In this document: positions 41,505 to 50,247 of the stretch, one piece after another | How the letters are laid out: each line of letters starts with the position of its first letter | Numbering within the stretch: the first letter of the stretch is position 1 | IMG/VR virus record: IMGVR_UViG_3300028805_000083 | Span: 37,572-101,571 of that record | Direction: 5' to 3' (one strand) | Source: a virus | Lineage: Duplodnaviria; Heunggongvirae; Uroviricota; Caudoviricetes | DNA: 64,000 bases | Notes under the pieces: generated by a model | What the model saw: the letters and a program-made list of their open reading frames with translations, nothing else | Database searches by the model: none | What the model was told of the DNA's origin: nothing | Program-made: the position numbers and the translations under genes

Positions 41505-41574
41505 AAATATAGGTAATTATATATTATTTGTCCCCAATGGTCAAAATTATTAATTTTTTTCAGTGAAAAATAAG

Positions 41575-41648
41575 TACCCCATACTGGGCTCGAACCAGTG
41601 ACAGTTTGTTTAGGAAACAAATGCTCTATCCATCTGAACTAATGGGGC
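41575..41648 (-). tRNA. tRNA-Arg(CCU)
   Basis: Full cloverleaf drawn by hand: GCCCCAT / D stem GTTC-GAGC / anticodon arm TTTGT-TTCCTAA-ACAAA / T arm ACTGG-TTCGAGC-CCAGT / ATGGGGT. Confidence 0.75.
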
Positions 41649-41707
41649 AATTAAATAAAAAAGGCTTATCAACCATTCTCCTAATTGATAAGCCTATTAA
41701 ATGCGTC

Positions 41708-42286
41708 TTAGTGTTTGCCAAGTCTGAATCTGCGATTCATAACTGTGCTAGCACCATCATCAGTTGGAATGTTCTTCCAAGGTTCATCGTTAGGAACCTG
41801 TTCTGTCTTGCGAACAAAACGTCCATTAGCATCACGTCTTGCCACCTCTTTCTCGAACTGCTGCATTGCACGATAGTTGTTCTCTGCAACTTGCTCAAGG
41901 CTTGGACGTGGAGCGAAGCGAACCTCTGGTCTACCACACTGAGACTGTCTTGGCTGTACACAACCGTTAAGCAGTTCAGTAACCACACAAAGCAAAACTG
42001 CTGAAGCAATCTGAAGCTCTGGAGTACTGTCAATCAAGTAGACATCCTTAGTTCTTACGTCAAACGCAAGTACTGCGTGTGCGCCATTACGTGCATCACG
42101 ACTGATGGCACGAGCCTCATCGCTAGTGAGTTTGTACTCACGGTCAGCGTTAGGAGTGGTTGCGCACTCTACATGATTCTCAGAGAGGTGATAGATTACG
42201 AGACGGAGATTCGACTTATCGCTGCACTGTGACAGAATTTCAGCCATAGGGCTGTTGTCAGAATGAAGTCTTACGTAATTCCACAT
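41708..42286 (-). CDS. Hypothetical protein lying in a GC-richer island
   Basis: 192 aa. Local GC content is clearly higher than the flanks. Confidence 0.45.
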   Translation of the reverse strand: MWNYVRLHSDNSPMAEILSQCSDKSNLRLVIYHLSENHVECATTPNADREYKLTSDEARAISRDARNGAHAVLAFDVRTKDVYLIDSTPELQIASAVLLCVVTELLNGCVQPRQSQCGRPEVRFAPRPSLEQVAENNYRAMQQFEKEVARRDANGRFVRKTEQVPNDEPWKNIPTDDGASTVMNRRFRLGKH

Positions 42287-42384
42287 AAAGTCTCTTGTTT
42301 TTAGATTAATACTGTTAAGAAATTAGGTGGGCAGTCGTTTGGCGGCTACCCACCTTTAGATTAGAGGTTTGCTACGAGCAATGA

Positions 42385-42732
42385 TTACTTACCGTCAGCA
42401 ACATCCTCGTCATCACCACCGAAGAACTCATCATAGGTTGCCTGAGCAATCTTCAGCTCTACACCAAGCTCGTAAAGACGAGTCTTAGCATCCTGCAAGT
42501 CAGCAGCCCACTTGTTAGGATTCCAACCCTTCACACCAGGACGCAGACTATCTGTGGTGTCTGGAGCGAAGTCAGTCAGACCCTGAATCTGCATTTCCAC
42601 GTTGGTCTTCTCAATCTTGAGCTTGTGGATGATTTCCTCTTGGGCAATCTTTGCCTGAGTGTTAATCTGTGAAGCACGTGCTACAAGAGCCTTAGAGTCA
42701 TTCTGACTCATCATCTGTAAAAACTTTCCCAT
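42385..42732 (-). CDS. Hypothetical coiled-coil protein in the same GC-richer island
   Basis: ORF of 115 aa. Confidence 0.45.
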   Translation of the reverse strand: MGKFLQMMSQNDSKALVARASQINTQAKIAQEEIIHKLKIEKTNVEMQIQGLTDFAPDTTDSLRPGVKGWNPNKWAADLQDAKTRLYELGVELKIAQATYDEFFGGDDEDVADGK

Positions 42733-42990
42733 TGTTGTTTAAGTTTAAAGGTTTATAAAAAAAGTAAATTGTGAATATTGTTTTGCAACTTGCGTTGCCT
42801 TGTTTGTTTCTCAATCACAGTGCAAAGATATATAAAATTTTTGAGATTTCCAAATTTTTAAGAGTTAAAAACTTTTAAAAAAATATCTTTGTTTTTGTGT
42901 TTCATTCTTCTTTCTTAATTACAGTGCAAAGATATATAAAATTTTCGATACTTCCAATTTTTTGCGCGTTAAAAACTGTTAATATTTTAA

Positions 42991-43608
42991 CTACTTCTTT
43001 AAAATCAAAAGGTTACGTTTGTAATCAATGGAAATATCGTCACCTAGTTTTTTTAAAACACTCATACCTAATAGTAAAGGAGCGTCTTGCTGTTCCATAA
43101 CAACGCAAGGTATATTATTAACCTTTATACCTCCCACTTCTACCTCATTTATAATGATTGTATAAGACTTTACAGTATCTCCATTGGCAATTCTACATTG
43201 ACCACTCTCTAGAGTTGAATCATTGAGTAATTTTTGCTTTTTCAAGAACATATACTCAACAACAGAAATAGAAATGTCGGTAGCACCAGTATCCAATGTC
43301 ATCATCATCGATATTCCGTTGATTTTAGTGGGAACAAGGTAGCAATTATCCTCATGCTGTAGTTTGACCGCTAATTTAAAGTCATTTGGAACTTGTTTCA
43401 AAACCTTTGTGGTTTCAGTCTTCGGTATTGTGTCAGATTTGGTAATCTGAATCACTGTGGCTGTGTCCTTTTCGATTCCTAACGCCTTGGCTTCTAATGT
43501 ATCATATGCTCTAGGAAATAGTTTAGAGAACACCCAAATAAATCCCATCACTATTACAACCCCTAAAAAGAGTTTGGTGATACAACTTGATAATGTTATC
43601 TTCTTCAT
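42991..43608 (-). CDS. Membrane-anchored retropepsin-like (clan AA) aspartyl protease
   Basis: N-terminal transmembrane segment. MMMTLDTGATDISIS contains the D-T-G-A catalytic motif. Confidence 0.65.
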   Translation of the reverse strand: MKKITLSSCITKLFLGVVIVMGFIWVFSKLFPRAYDTLEAKALGIEKDTATVIQITKSDTIPKTETTKVLKQVPNDFKLAVKLQHEDNCYLVPTKINGISMMMTLDTGATDISISVVEYMFLKKQKLLNDSTLESGQCRIANGDTVKSYTIIINEVEVGGIKVNNIPCVVMEQQDAPLLLGMSVLKKLGDDISIDYKRNLLILKK

Positions 43609-43611
43609 ATT

Positions 43612-44598
43612 TTATTTACTAAAAATTTCAAAAGCATCATCTACTAGTTTGTCAACCATATCTATTTGATAAGTTGCTAACGCACTCCTAAACATTTTAC
43701 CACTCATTGTACGTCTGCCTTTCCTCTTCTTTCCACCACTAGAAACTGTTTTAACAACCTCTTTCTTTTTTGGCGGCTTCAAGTGTTCAGCTTCAGTTGC
43801 ATATCCAATGTGTGTAAATCCTAGGAATGAGCCGTTCTTCTCAATCTTACAAATCTCAACATGATTAGCACCATACTTGAATTCACCAGTACGAACTTTA
43901 ATCTGCTTAACGTATCTCAATGTTTGGTCTTTAAGACTCATTCCAACTGCAAACATCGCATCAAAGAAATTAGTAAGCTTTTTGCTTCCACTAAGACTGT
44001 TCTGTGTGAGGGGTGAACCTAAGTTTCGTTTTGGGGTATGAGATAGAACTAGTATGCTAGCCCCATACTTCTTTTTAATTTCACATAGATTTTTCATTAG
44101 TTTACCAGCAGTAGTTGCTGTGTCTTTCATATTAACAAGCCAACTCAAGTTATCTACAATTAATATCTTGGAGTTATACTTTATAATATTAGCTTCAATA
44201 GCCTCTATGATGACTTCATCAAATGCTTTCTTAGAATACTCGCAATAATCCCTTACTTTATCACTATCAAGCTCGACCCTAATAAACTTATCGTTAAAGT
44301 TAAACGTTTTCTTGGTTTTTTCATCTGTGTACCTAAGTTCAAATTGCTTCTTACTTAACTCAAAGTCATAATAAAGAATGGTGTCATCACCCTTTAGTCT
44401 TTCAGCAATAGAATTACCAATTTGTACGGCAAGAATACTCTTACCAACATTAGCATCTGCAAAAAGGCAGCAAACTTCATTCTCAAACCAAAACTCTTTC
44501 CAGAGCTTATTTGGATTCTTCTGTGCCTTTGCTTCCTCAATTGCTTGATTAGCAGTCATTGCGCTGAAGATGTCTGTTAAAGTTGGTTTATTTGCCAT
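43612..44598 (-). CDS. RecA-like/AAA_25 P-loop ATPase, RepA-like replicative helicase or primase-associated
   Basis: Walker A ADANVGKS. ASILVLSHTPK resembles RepA/DnaB-like proteins. The start is probably MANKPTLTD near 44598, because the longer ORF would overlap a tRNA-like gene. Confidence 0.55.
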   Translation of the reverse strand: MANKPTLTDIFSAMTANQAIEEAKAQKNPNKLWKEFWFENEVCCLFADANVGKSILAVQIGNSIAERLKGDDTILYYDFELSKKQFELRYTDEKTKKTFNFNDKFIRVELDSDKVRDYCEYSKKAFDEVIIEAIEANIIKYNSKILIVDNLSWLVNMKDTATTAGKLMKNLCEIKKKYGASILVLSHTPKRNLGSPLTQNSLSGSKKLTNFFDAMFAVGMSLKDQTLRYVKQIKVRTGEFKYGANHVEICKIEKNGSFLGFTHIGYATEAEHLKPPKKKEVVKTVSSGGKKRKGRRTMSGKMFRSALATYQIDMVDKLVDDAFEIFSK

Positions 44599-44619
44599 TA
44601 TGTAAAAATTAATGATTAG

Positions 44620-44694
44620 TGTACGGTAGAGGAATCGAACCTCTCTTCTTCTCAGGAAAACTCCTCGACATCCTAACCGATAGACGAACCGCAC
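44620..44694 (-). tRNA. tRNA-like gene with a non-canonical anticodon arm
   Basis: Acceptor GTGCGGT/ACCGTAC, D arm GTCT..GGAT, T arm AGAGG-TTCGATT-CCTCT. The anticodon region folds only as AGGA-GTTT-TCCT. Confidence 0.45.
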
Positions 44695-44865
44695 ATGATG
44701 CTTTTTTAAAATTAACTGCTAGGGGCAGGCTACGTTCTAACGATTATCCCCTCTTAACTGAGTACGCCCATAGGTCTTATTGCGCAATTATCTCCTACTG
44801 CTTTCTCTGCCTTGTGGTAGACCTTTATCAAATTACGTCCGCAGCAGCTAATTATGTTGTTTGTG

Positions 44866-44939
44866 AACCCCCTAGAGGAATCGAACCTCTTTTTCTAGCG
44901 TCACGCTATTGTTGTCCTAGCCATTAGACGAAGAGGGTA
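44866..44939 (-). tRNA. tRNA-like gene with a non-canonical anticodon arm, paralog of 44620-44694
   Basis: Acceptor ACCCTCT/AGGGGGT, D arm GTCT-AATGGCTA-GGAC, T arm AGAGG-TTCGATT-CCTCT. The anticodon region is TAGCG-TGA-CGCTA with a 3-nt loop. Confidence 0.45.
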
Positions 44940-45135
44940 TAGACGAGAAATGATTTTGCTAGCGTTGCTCACTTCTCGCAAAAGCAACAGTTGTACTCAA
45001 CCAACGAGACGGTTTATTTACCCACCAGCTCTAAATCCGACAACCCAGCTAGCTGTTTTAAGACCAGCCAATCTACAAGTTTATGCGCTAATCCTCACGC
45101 AAAAAGGGAAACTTGTTCACCCTTAATTTTTCAAC

Positions 45136-45960
45136 TTATCGTCTAACGTTCCACATACTAGTTGGACTTCCTCCAACTAGAACATCGATATTAGCACCTT
45201 GCTTTGCAGCAATAGTTTCAATCCACTTAAGACTGATAAAATCTTGTGTGCTCAAGCCAAGTTCCTCACGATATGCCTTATCAGCCTTTGCCCTTTGGCG
45301 TTCAGCTTTTTCACGAGCCAACTGTACCTCTGCCTCACGTTCTTGAGTCTGCTTTGCTTGCACAGCCTTTGCTGTGTTGTTCATTTCAGCCAACTGCTCC
45401 TTATTAGGCATAGCCTTACCAATGGTAACTTGTTTTACAACAACTGGAAACTCTTTCTCCTTGGACAACTTTGCCACATAATCTTGCATCTGCTTAAGTA
45501 CCTTTGCATCAATTTCATTTAGAATTGCACGATTACTCATAAGGTCAAAAGGACTATGCTGAGAAATATGGTCACGTACCAAATTACAGTAATAGTTATA
45601 CAAGTTAGTATTGAACCAATCTACACCATAATTCTGCAACAGAATAGGAGACTTACCCTTCTCAATCTGTGTGATAATAATGGTATGGAAATCCAACGGT
45701 GTGTTGTCATCAGAGAACAAATCGTCCATATCCACTTGATGTTTGAACGGAACAATCTTAAATTTCTCAGAAGACGTGCTCCACCAAACCCATGTCAAAC
45801 CTGTCTGTACTGGAGTCATGTCAATGCCACCATGCCCAAAAAACCAAGGCTTGTCAATGAGAACTGACTCTTCATCAGCACCAGGACGCACACCATGACA
45901 AGAACTCATGCTCAACATTGCTACGAGAGCAATAGAAAACATTGCTAAAAATTTCTTCAT
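45136..45960 (-). CDS. SPFH/band-7 domain lipoprotein
   Basis: Signal MKKFLAMFSIALVAMLSMSSC. C-terminal coiled coil AKAVQAKQTQEREAEVQLAREKAERQRAKADKAYRE is typical of HflC/K and stomatin. Confidence 0.5.
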   Translation of the reverse strand: MKKFLAMFSIALVAMLSMSSCHGVRPGADEESVLIDKPWFFGHGGIDMTPVQTGLTWVWWSTSSEKFKIVPFKHQVDMDDLFSDDNTPLDFHTIIITQIEKGKSPILLQNYGVDWFNTNLYNYYCNLVRDHISQHSPFDLMSNRAILNEIDAKVLKQMQDYVAKLSKEKEFPVVVKQVTIGKAMPNKEQLAEMNNTAKAVQAKQTQEREAEVQLAREKAERQRAKADKAYREELGLSTQDFISLKWIETIAAKQGANIDVLVGGSPTSMWNVRR

Positions 45961-46058
45961 AATTCTTTAATTAAAAGTTAAACAAATATGTTAATTCAAA
46001 TTCGATGCAAAGATATGAAAAATAATTGAAATGCCCAAATTATTTTCGTTAATTCTTG

Positions 46059-46442
46059 CTAATCCTTTGCAATTGTCTTGACAATCCAATCAATGAAACC
46101 ATTCTGTATCTTAGATGCCTTATCAATTGGTAGAGCCAAAGCTCCAACACCAGTTAACTCTCCCCATCCACGAACAAGGATGAAATTACCTTTGATATAA
46201 AGCTCGGCTTTGTCAACCACAACGTCTTTCTTGTCATATTTTTCACCACCCTCACCATTCAAGAGTTTGATTATATTGGCAAGTTCATCTTGTGCCTTAT
46301 AAGTGAAAGCACTTAAGCACTTCATACCATTCGAACTGAAACCGTAAATAGGGCAGAATGAATCTTGGTTGTAAGGCGCTTTGTAAAACTCCTCAAACGT
46401 AATGTCCTTACCCTTTAATCTGTCAATTTCTGCGAAATTCAT
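46059..46442 (-). CDS. hypothetical protein
   Basis: ORF of 127 aa. Confidence 0.4.
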   Translation of the reverse strand: MNFAEIDRLKGKDITFEEFYKAPYNQDSFCPIYGFSSNGMKCLSAFTYKAQDELANIIKLLNGEGGEKYDKKDVVVDKAELYIKGNFILVRGWGELTGVGALALPIDKASKIQNGFIDWIVKTIAKD

Positions 46443-46462
46443 AATTACCTATTTTATATTAG

Positions 46463-46539
46463 TTGCAGAGGATGGATTCGAACCAATCGACCTCCTAGGG
46501 ATGAGCCTAGGCGAGCTGACCAAACTGCTCTACTCTGCG
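46463..46539 (-). tRNA. tRNA-like gene with a CUCAU-containing anticodon loop of 6 or 8 nt and a bulged T stem
   Basis: Acceptor (C)GCAGAG/CTCTGCA, D stem GAGC/GCTC, palindromic anticodon stem CCTAGG around CTCATC. Confidence 0.4.
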
Positions 46540-46645
46540 GTGCTATCTGTTTATATCGTCTGTTATAGCAAAGACCTAAGTACTTAGAATGAAATCGAAC
46601 TTTCAAAAGGTAATGGCCTGTCACCTAATGACTCAGATTCCATCG

Positions 46646-46725
46646 TGGACCAGGTAGGGCTTGAACCTACGTGTAACCAACTACGGTTTCAACTGCTTAT
46701 GAGGCAGAGCCGATACAAGTCCAAA
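46646..46725 (-). tRNA. tRNA-like gene with a Met-like anticodon loop CUCAUAA
   Basis: T arm GTAGG-TTCAAGC-CCTAC and anticodon stem-loop CTGC-CTCATAA-GCAG. The 5' end is poorly defined. Confidence 0.4.
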
Positions 46726-47068
46726 TCGCCAAAGGAACTTTCAAATTAATTCTATCGCACATGCCGTGTTTTACGCCTAGACTCTAACACGTTTAAGCCA
46801 ATATCCTTCCGTTTCAGCGCATATACGAATCCTATGTTAGACTCTCTTTGGCTATATCTTTATTTAATAATTCCAATCATCATCAAACTCGTCATCAAAG
46901 ATGGAGTAATCGTCATAGTCTTCATCGTAATCCTCTTCATGAACCTCATCGTAGTCATCGTAAAGGGATTCATCTAAATAATCGTTATATTCGTCAATCA
47001 TAGTTTATAATGTTTTTTTTTGTTTCACAATGCAAAGATACAAAAAAAAATTGGAATAGCCAAATTTA

Positions 47069-47461
47069 TTAACTTTTTTTAAATATTGTACTAACCCCAA
47101 CTATTATCCAAATTATACCGTATAAAACATAAAAAATAAGGGCAATAATTATCATTCCAAAAAAGGTGATAGATAGTTTCAAAAAATTGTTTACAAAGTT
47201 TTGGATATTTGTAGTTTTCTTTTTTCCTTCATCTATTTTTTTCTGTTTCGCTATGAAGTCGGTTTTAGGTATCATAGGAACTAACTGCAACTTGTCATTT
47301 TCATCTATCTTGAGACCAATATCAACTCGTCCATCGTTAAAAATAAGATATTCTTTGCCATTTGCATCTTTTTCCTTTACACCTTGGAAATAATAGGTAT
47401 CAGCATATACAGATGATGAAAATATTAATGCCGCTAAAAAAAATAATATTCTACTAATCAT
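47069..47461 (-). CDS. hypothetical secreted or membrane protein
   Basis: N-terminal signal plus a C-terminal transmembrane segment. Confidence 0.4.
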   Translation of the reverse strand: MISRILFFLAALIFSSSVYADTYYFQGVKEKDANGKEYLIFNDGRVDIGLKIDENDKLQLVPMIPKTDFIAKQKKIDEGKKKTTNIQNFVNNFLKLSITFFGMIIIALIFYVLYGIIWIIVGVSTIFKKS

Positions 47462-47479
47462 ATCAACATTAAAAAATAT

Positions 47480-47851
47480 TCAGTAGGACATACGTGATGG
47501 GATACACCCCCTCACACCCCCTCTTGGGTCTTCACAATCACCGTTATATCTAGGTATAATGTGTATATGGCAATGCATAACGGTTTGTCCAGCAGCCTCG
47601 CCACAATTCATCCCTATATTATACCCATTAGGTTTGTATTTATCATCAAGTATTTCTTTAACGTGGTCAACTGCGCAAACAAGAGCACCCAATTCCACTT
47701 GGTTTAAATCAAAATAGGTTTTACAATGTCTTTTTGGAATTAATAGGGTATGCCCTTCCGAGACTGGATAACCATCTAAAATAGCCACCCATAAAGAATC
47801 TTGATATATTATTCTATCTTCTTTAACGCCACAAAATACACAATCTTCCAT
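47480..47851 (-). CDS. HIT-family nucleotide hydrolase
   Basis: HTLLIPKRH and the histidine triad HCHIHIIPR. Confidence 0.85.
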   Translation of the reverse strand: MEDCVFCGVKEDRIIYQDSLWVAILDGYPVSEGHTLLIPKRHCKTYFDLNQVELGALVCAVDHVKEILDDKYKPNGYNIGMNCGEAAGQTVMHCHIHIIPRYNGDCEDPRGGVRGCIPSRMSY

Positions 47852-48351
47852 TATTCTTCTACGGCTATACGTTTTATCTCACCAATTACAACATCCAAAG
47901 CCTCATTAATGGCTGCTTCTATGTTCTTGCCTCTCAACCCATCAACATTGATTTTGCTGTATTTGAAATCTACTTTCTTGTCAGTAAGGGTAGCCACACA
48001 AATCCAAACCGTATTATCTGAGTCTTCATCAGCCGCCATAGGTGGAACTACGTTACCCACAACAGCCACACAAACGTCCACATTAAGTTTATAAATGCCG
48101 TTGAGAGCCATTTGGCAAGCTGCTTGGGAACTAACAAGCCCATTGTTTTTAAACACGTTGTGAGAGACTTCTAGCATTTTCTCCATGTGGTCTTCATCGA
48201 CTGTAACAATTGTACCGCCATAAACGGTTGAAAGTCCACACATGCTTGAGATTGATGCGCCAAGCAAACCACTAGTGCAATGCTCAACAGTTCCGATGGT
48301 TAGACCAGCGTTCAGAAGCTCTAACCCTAATACTCTTAATTTATCCCTCAT
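47851..48351 (-). CDS. pncC: CinA C-terminal domain protein / NMN deamidase
   Basis: TVEHCTSGLLGASIS matches the CinA-C ESCTGG motif. 166 aa. Confidence 0.7.
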   Translation of the reverse strand: MRDKLRVLGLELLNAGLTIGTVEHCTSGLLGASISSMCGLSTVYGGTIVTVDEDHMEKMLEVSHNVFKNNGLVSSQAACQMALNGIYKLNVDVCVAVVGNVVPPMAADEDSDNTVWICVATLTDKKVDFKYSKINVDGLRGKNIEAAINEALDVVIGEIKRIAVEE

Positions 48352-48352
48352 T

Positions 48353-48718
48353 CTATATTACTATTTTTTTACCATACAGTTCCATCTGTAGTTTCAGCAT
48401 TTTTTTGTTAATGTTTTGACGCTGTTTTCTAAGATTCTCTATTACATAGTTATATGCCTCTTCTTTATCAAGGTATAACTTGGCATAACCGTAATCATAT
48501 ACACTAGATTTGGTTATATAAAACCCTCCATAATGTATTGTATGATACACATGTTCTTGGCATCTTCCTAATTTGTCAACTAGTTTAAGTTCTATGGTGT
48601 TATTACCATAAAATCTGCCTTTCTTTATTTTACCTTTTTTAGCTTTTATGGAATTACCTTTAACTTCATAGTAGTCTATGATTTGTCCTTCCATTTGTTT
48701 TAAATCATCAAATGTCAT
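48353..48718 (-). CDS. hypothetical protein
   Basis: ORF of 121 aa. Confidence 0.4.
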   Translation of the reverse strand: MTFDDLKQMEGQIIDYYEVKGNSIKAKKGKIKKGRFYGNNTIELKLVDKLGRCQEHVYHTIHYGGFYITKSSVYDYGYAKLYLDKEEAYNYVIENLRKQRQNINKKMLKLQMELYGKKIVI

Positions 48719-48792
48719 TGCATAATAATTTTACTTTGTGCAAATGTATAAAAAAAAATTGAGAAAGACAACCATCTTCCTCAACTTTAAGC

Positions 48793-49200
48793 TTATTTAA
48801 CAGTTAGTGCTTTTATTTTTATCTGCCTAGCAACTTCCATCATCGTTTCGCTTGTGATGCTGTTCTCGAAATAAGTATATATCTCTTCTTTATTTTTTAA
48901 TACAGCACCCTCTTTGTGGTAGACTGTTTTCATGAGAAACCTTTCTCCATATTTCTCATATAATGGGTCAAAACTTTTACGAACAACCAATTTTGAAGCC
49001 ACCTCAATAGAATCACGCAGTTCATCGGCATCAACTGAATAATACCCCTCAGTATTGTGTGCTTTCAAGGTGTATTCTAGTTTAACGCTATCTTTAAGTG
49101 CCTCATAAGTTGTAAATGCACACTGAATGTCTAAACCAGGGGTTTCATTACATGATGCGAGACATACAATCGCTAAAATTGCTAATAAAATCTTTTTCAT
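48793..49200 (-). CDS. lipoprotein
   Basis: Signal MKKILLAILAIVCLASC. A promoter and an operator-like palindrome lie at 49231-49285. Confidence 0.45.
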   Translation of the reverse strand: MKKILLAILAIVCLASCNETPGLDIQCAFTTYEALKDSVKLEYTLKAHNTEGYYSVDADELRDSIEVASKLVVRKSFDPLYEKYGERFLMKTVYHKEGAVLKNKEEIYTYFENSITSETMMEVARQIKIKALTVK

Positions 49201-49277
49201 ACTGTTTGTTATTAATTGGTTTAATTTGGTGCAAAGGTACGAAAAAAAGTTGAACTAACCAAACAATCAGTTCAACT

Positions 49278-49508
49278 TTAACAATCTTTAACTTTACATT
49301 TGTTTTGTGCTCTGTTTATCTTGTTGTAAAAGTTAATCCTTTTCAGTTTATCAGTAGACTTATTGGCTGTAGCCAAATAAGAGTTCTTAGCTTTTTTCTT
49401 TTTATTCTCGCTTGCCATATCAATAAGGGTCAACATTAACTCTTTTAACTTCTCCACACTTTTTACAACGATACATCTTAACGAAAGGATTACCAACTTC
49501 ATAACCAT
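49278..49508 (-). CDS. hypothetical basic protein
   Basis: ORF of 76 aa. Confidence 0.3.
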   Translation of the reverse strand: MVMKLVILSLRCIVVKSVEKLKELMLTLIDMASENKKKKAKNSYLATANKSTDKLKRINFYNKINRAQNKCKVKDC

Positions 49509-49727
49509 AATCCTCCCATTTATGCTTGCACATCGTTGCTTCTAATTTTTTGAGATATTCTATCATAATAGTAAATTAGGTTTACTTGTACCAACCTTAA
49601 AGGTATCCTTTTATCCATCAAGGAACTAGGGCAAGGGGCTAATCCTCGCACCGCATTACTGCTTGCCTACCATTTATTACGTGGTTTGCGCTTGTCTAAC
49701 TATTTCAGCACCCAACGTGGGAGCACC

Positions 49728-49812
49728 AAGCCGTAGTGAGCGTAGTGGGATTCGAACCCACGTAGCTTATTGCCATAATAGTTTTAGAGACTATCCCAAT
49801 CGACCTCTCTGG
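49728..49812 (-). tRNA. Type-II suppressor tRNA with anticodon CUA (reads UAG), tRNA-Tyr-like and supF-like
   Basis: Acceptor GAGCGTA/TACGCTC is a 7/7 match. D stem CCA/TGG with an 11-nt loop. Anticodon arm ATAGT-CTCTAAA-ACTAT gives C34-U35-A36. The variable arm is 16 nt. T arm GTGGG-TTCGAAT-CCCAC. The bacterial tRNA-Tyr loop CUGUAAA differs by a single G-to-C change. Confidence 0.7.
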
Positions 49813-49829
49813 CATACGCTCATTATCTC

Positions 49830-50216
49830 TTATTCTGAAAGCCTTTTTAACTTATTATTCAGAACAAGCAGCATACCTTCAGCAAGAAGCTTTTCATCGG
49901 TATGCTTCTTGATTGCTTCTTTCAGCCTCTCTATTGCCACTTTCTTGGCTTCTTCTGCGCTATCATACACAAGCTGTCCATTAACGAGATAATCACCATT
50001 CTCAAGGTCAGTTCTACCGATTTTGAACTTGGGTCTAGTTTTACCATCGTTAATAGGTTCTTTGACTACTTTTGATTCTATTACATCGTAGCCATTTATG
50101 TATATGGCAGTATCGCCAATATTTAAACTTGCTGCTTTTTTCATATTGCAAAGATACGAAAAAAAAATTGAATTATCCAAATTTTTTAAGAATTTTTTAT
50201 AAAAAAAAAACACCAT
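49830..50216 (-). CDS. hypothetical protein
   Basis: ORF of 128 aa. Confidence 0.4.
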   Translation of the reverse strand: MVFFFYKKFLKNLDNSIFFSYLCNMKKAASLNIGDTAIYINGYDVIESKVVKEPINDGKTRPKFKIGRTDLENGDYLVNGQLVYDSAEEAKKVAIERLKEAIKKHTDEKLLAEGMLLVLNNKLKRLSE

Positions 50217-50247
50217 AAGCTAAAGCCTATAGTGCTTTTATATCGCA

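Noticed and set aside
46586-46660. Weak TTCGATT-containing hairpin
   Set aside because: The stem does not pair, and there is no acceptor complementarity.
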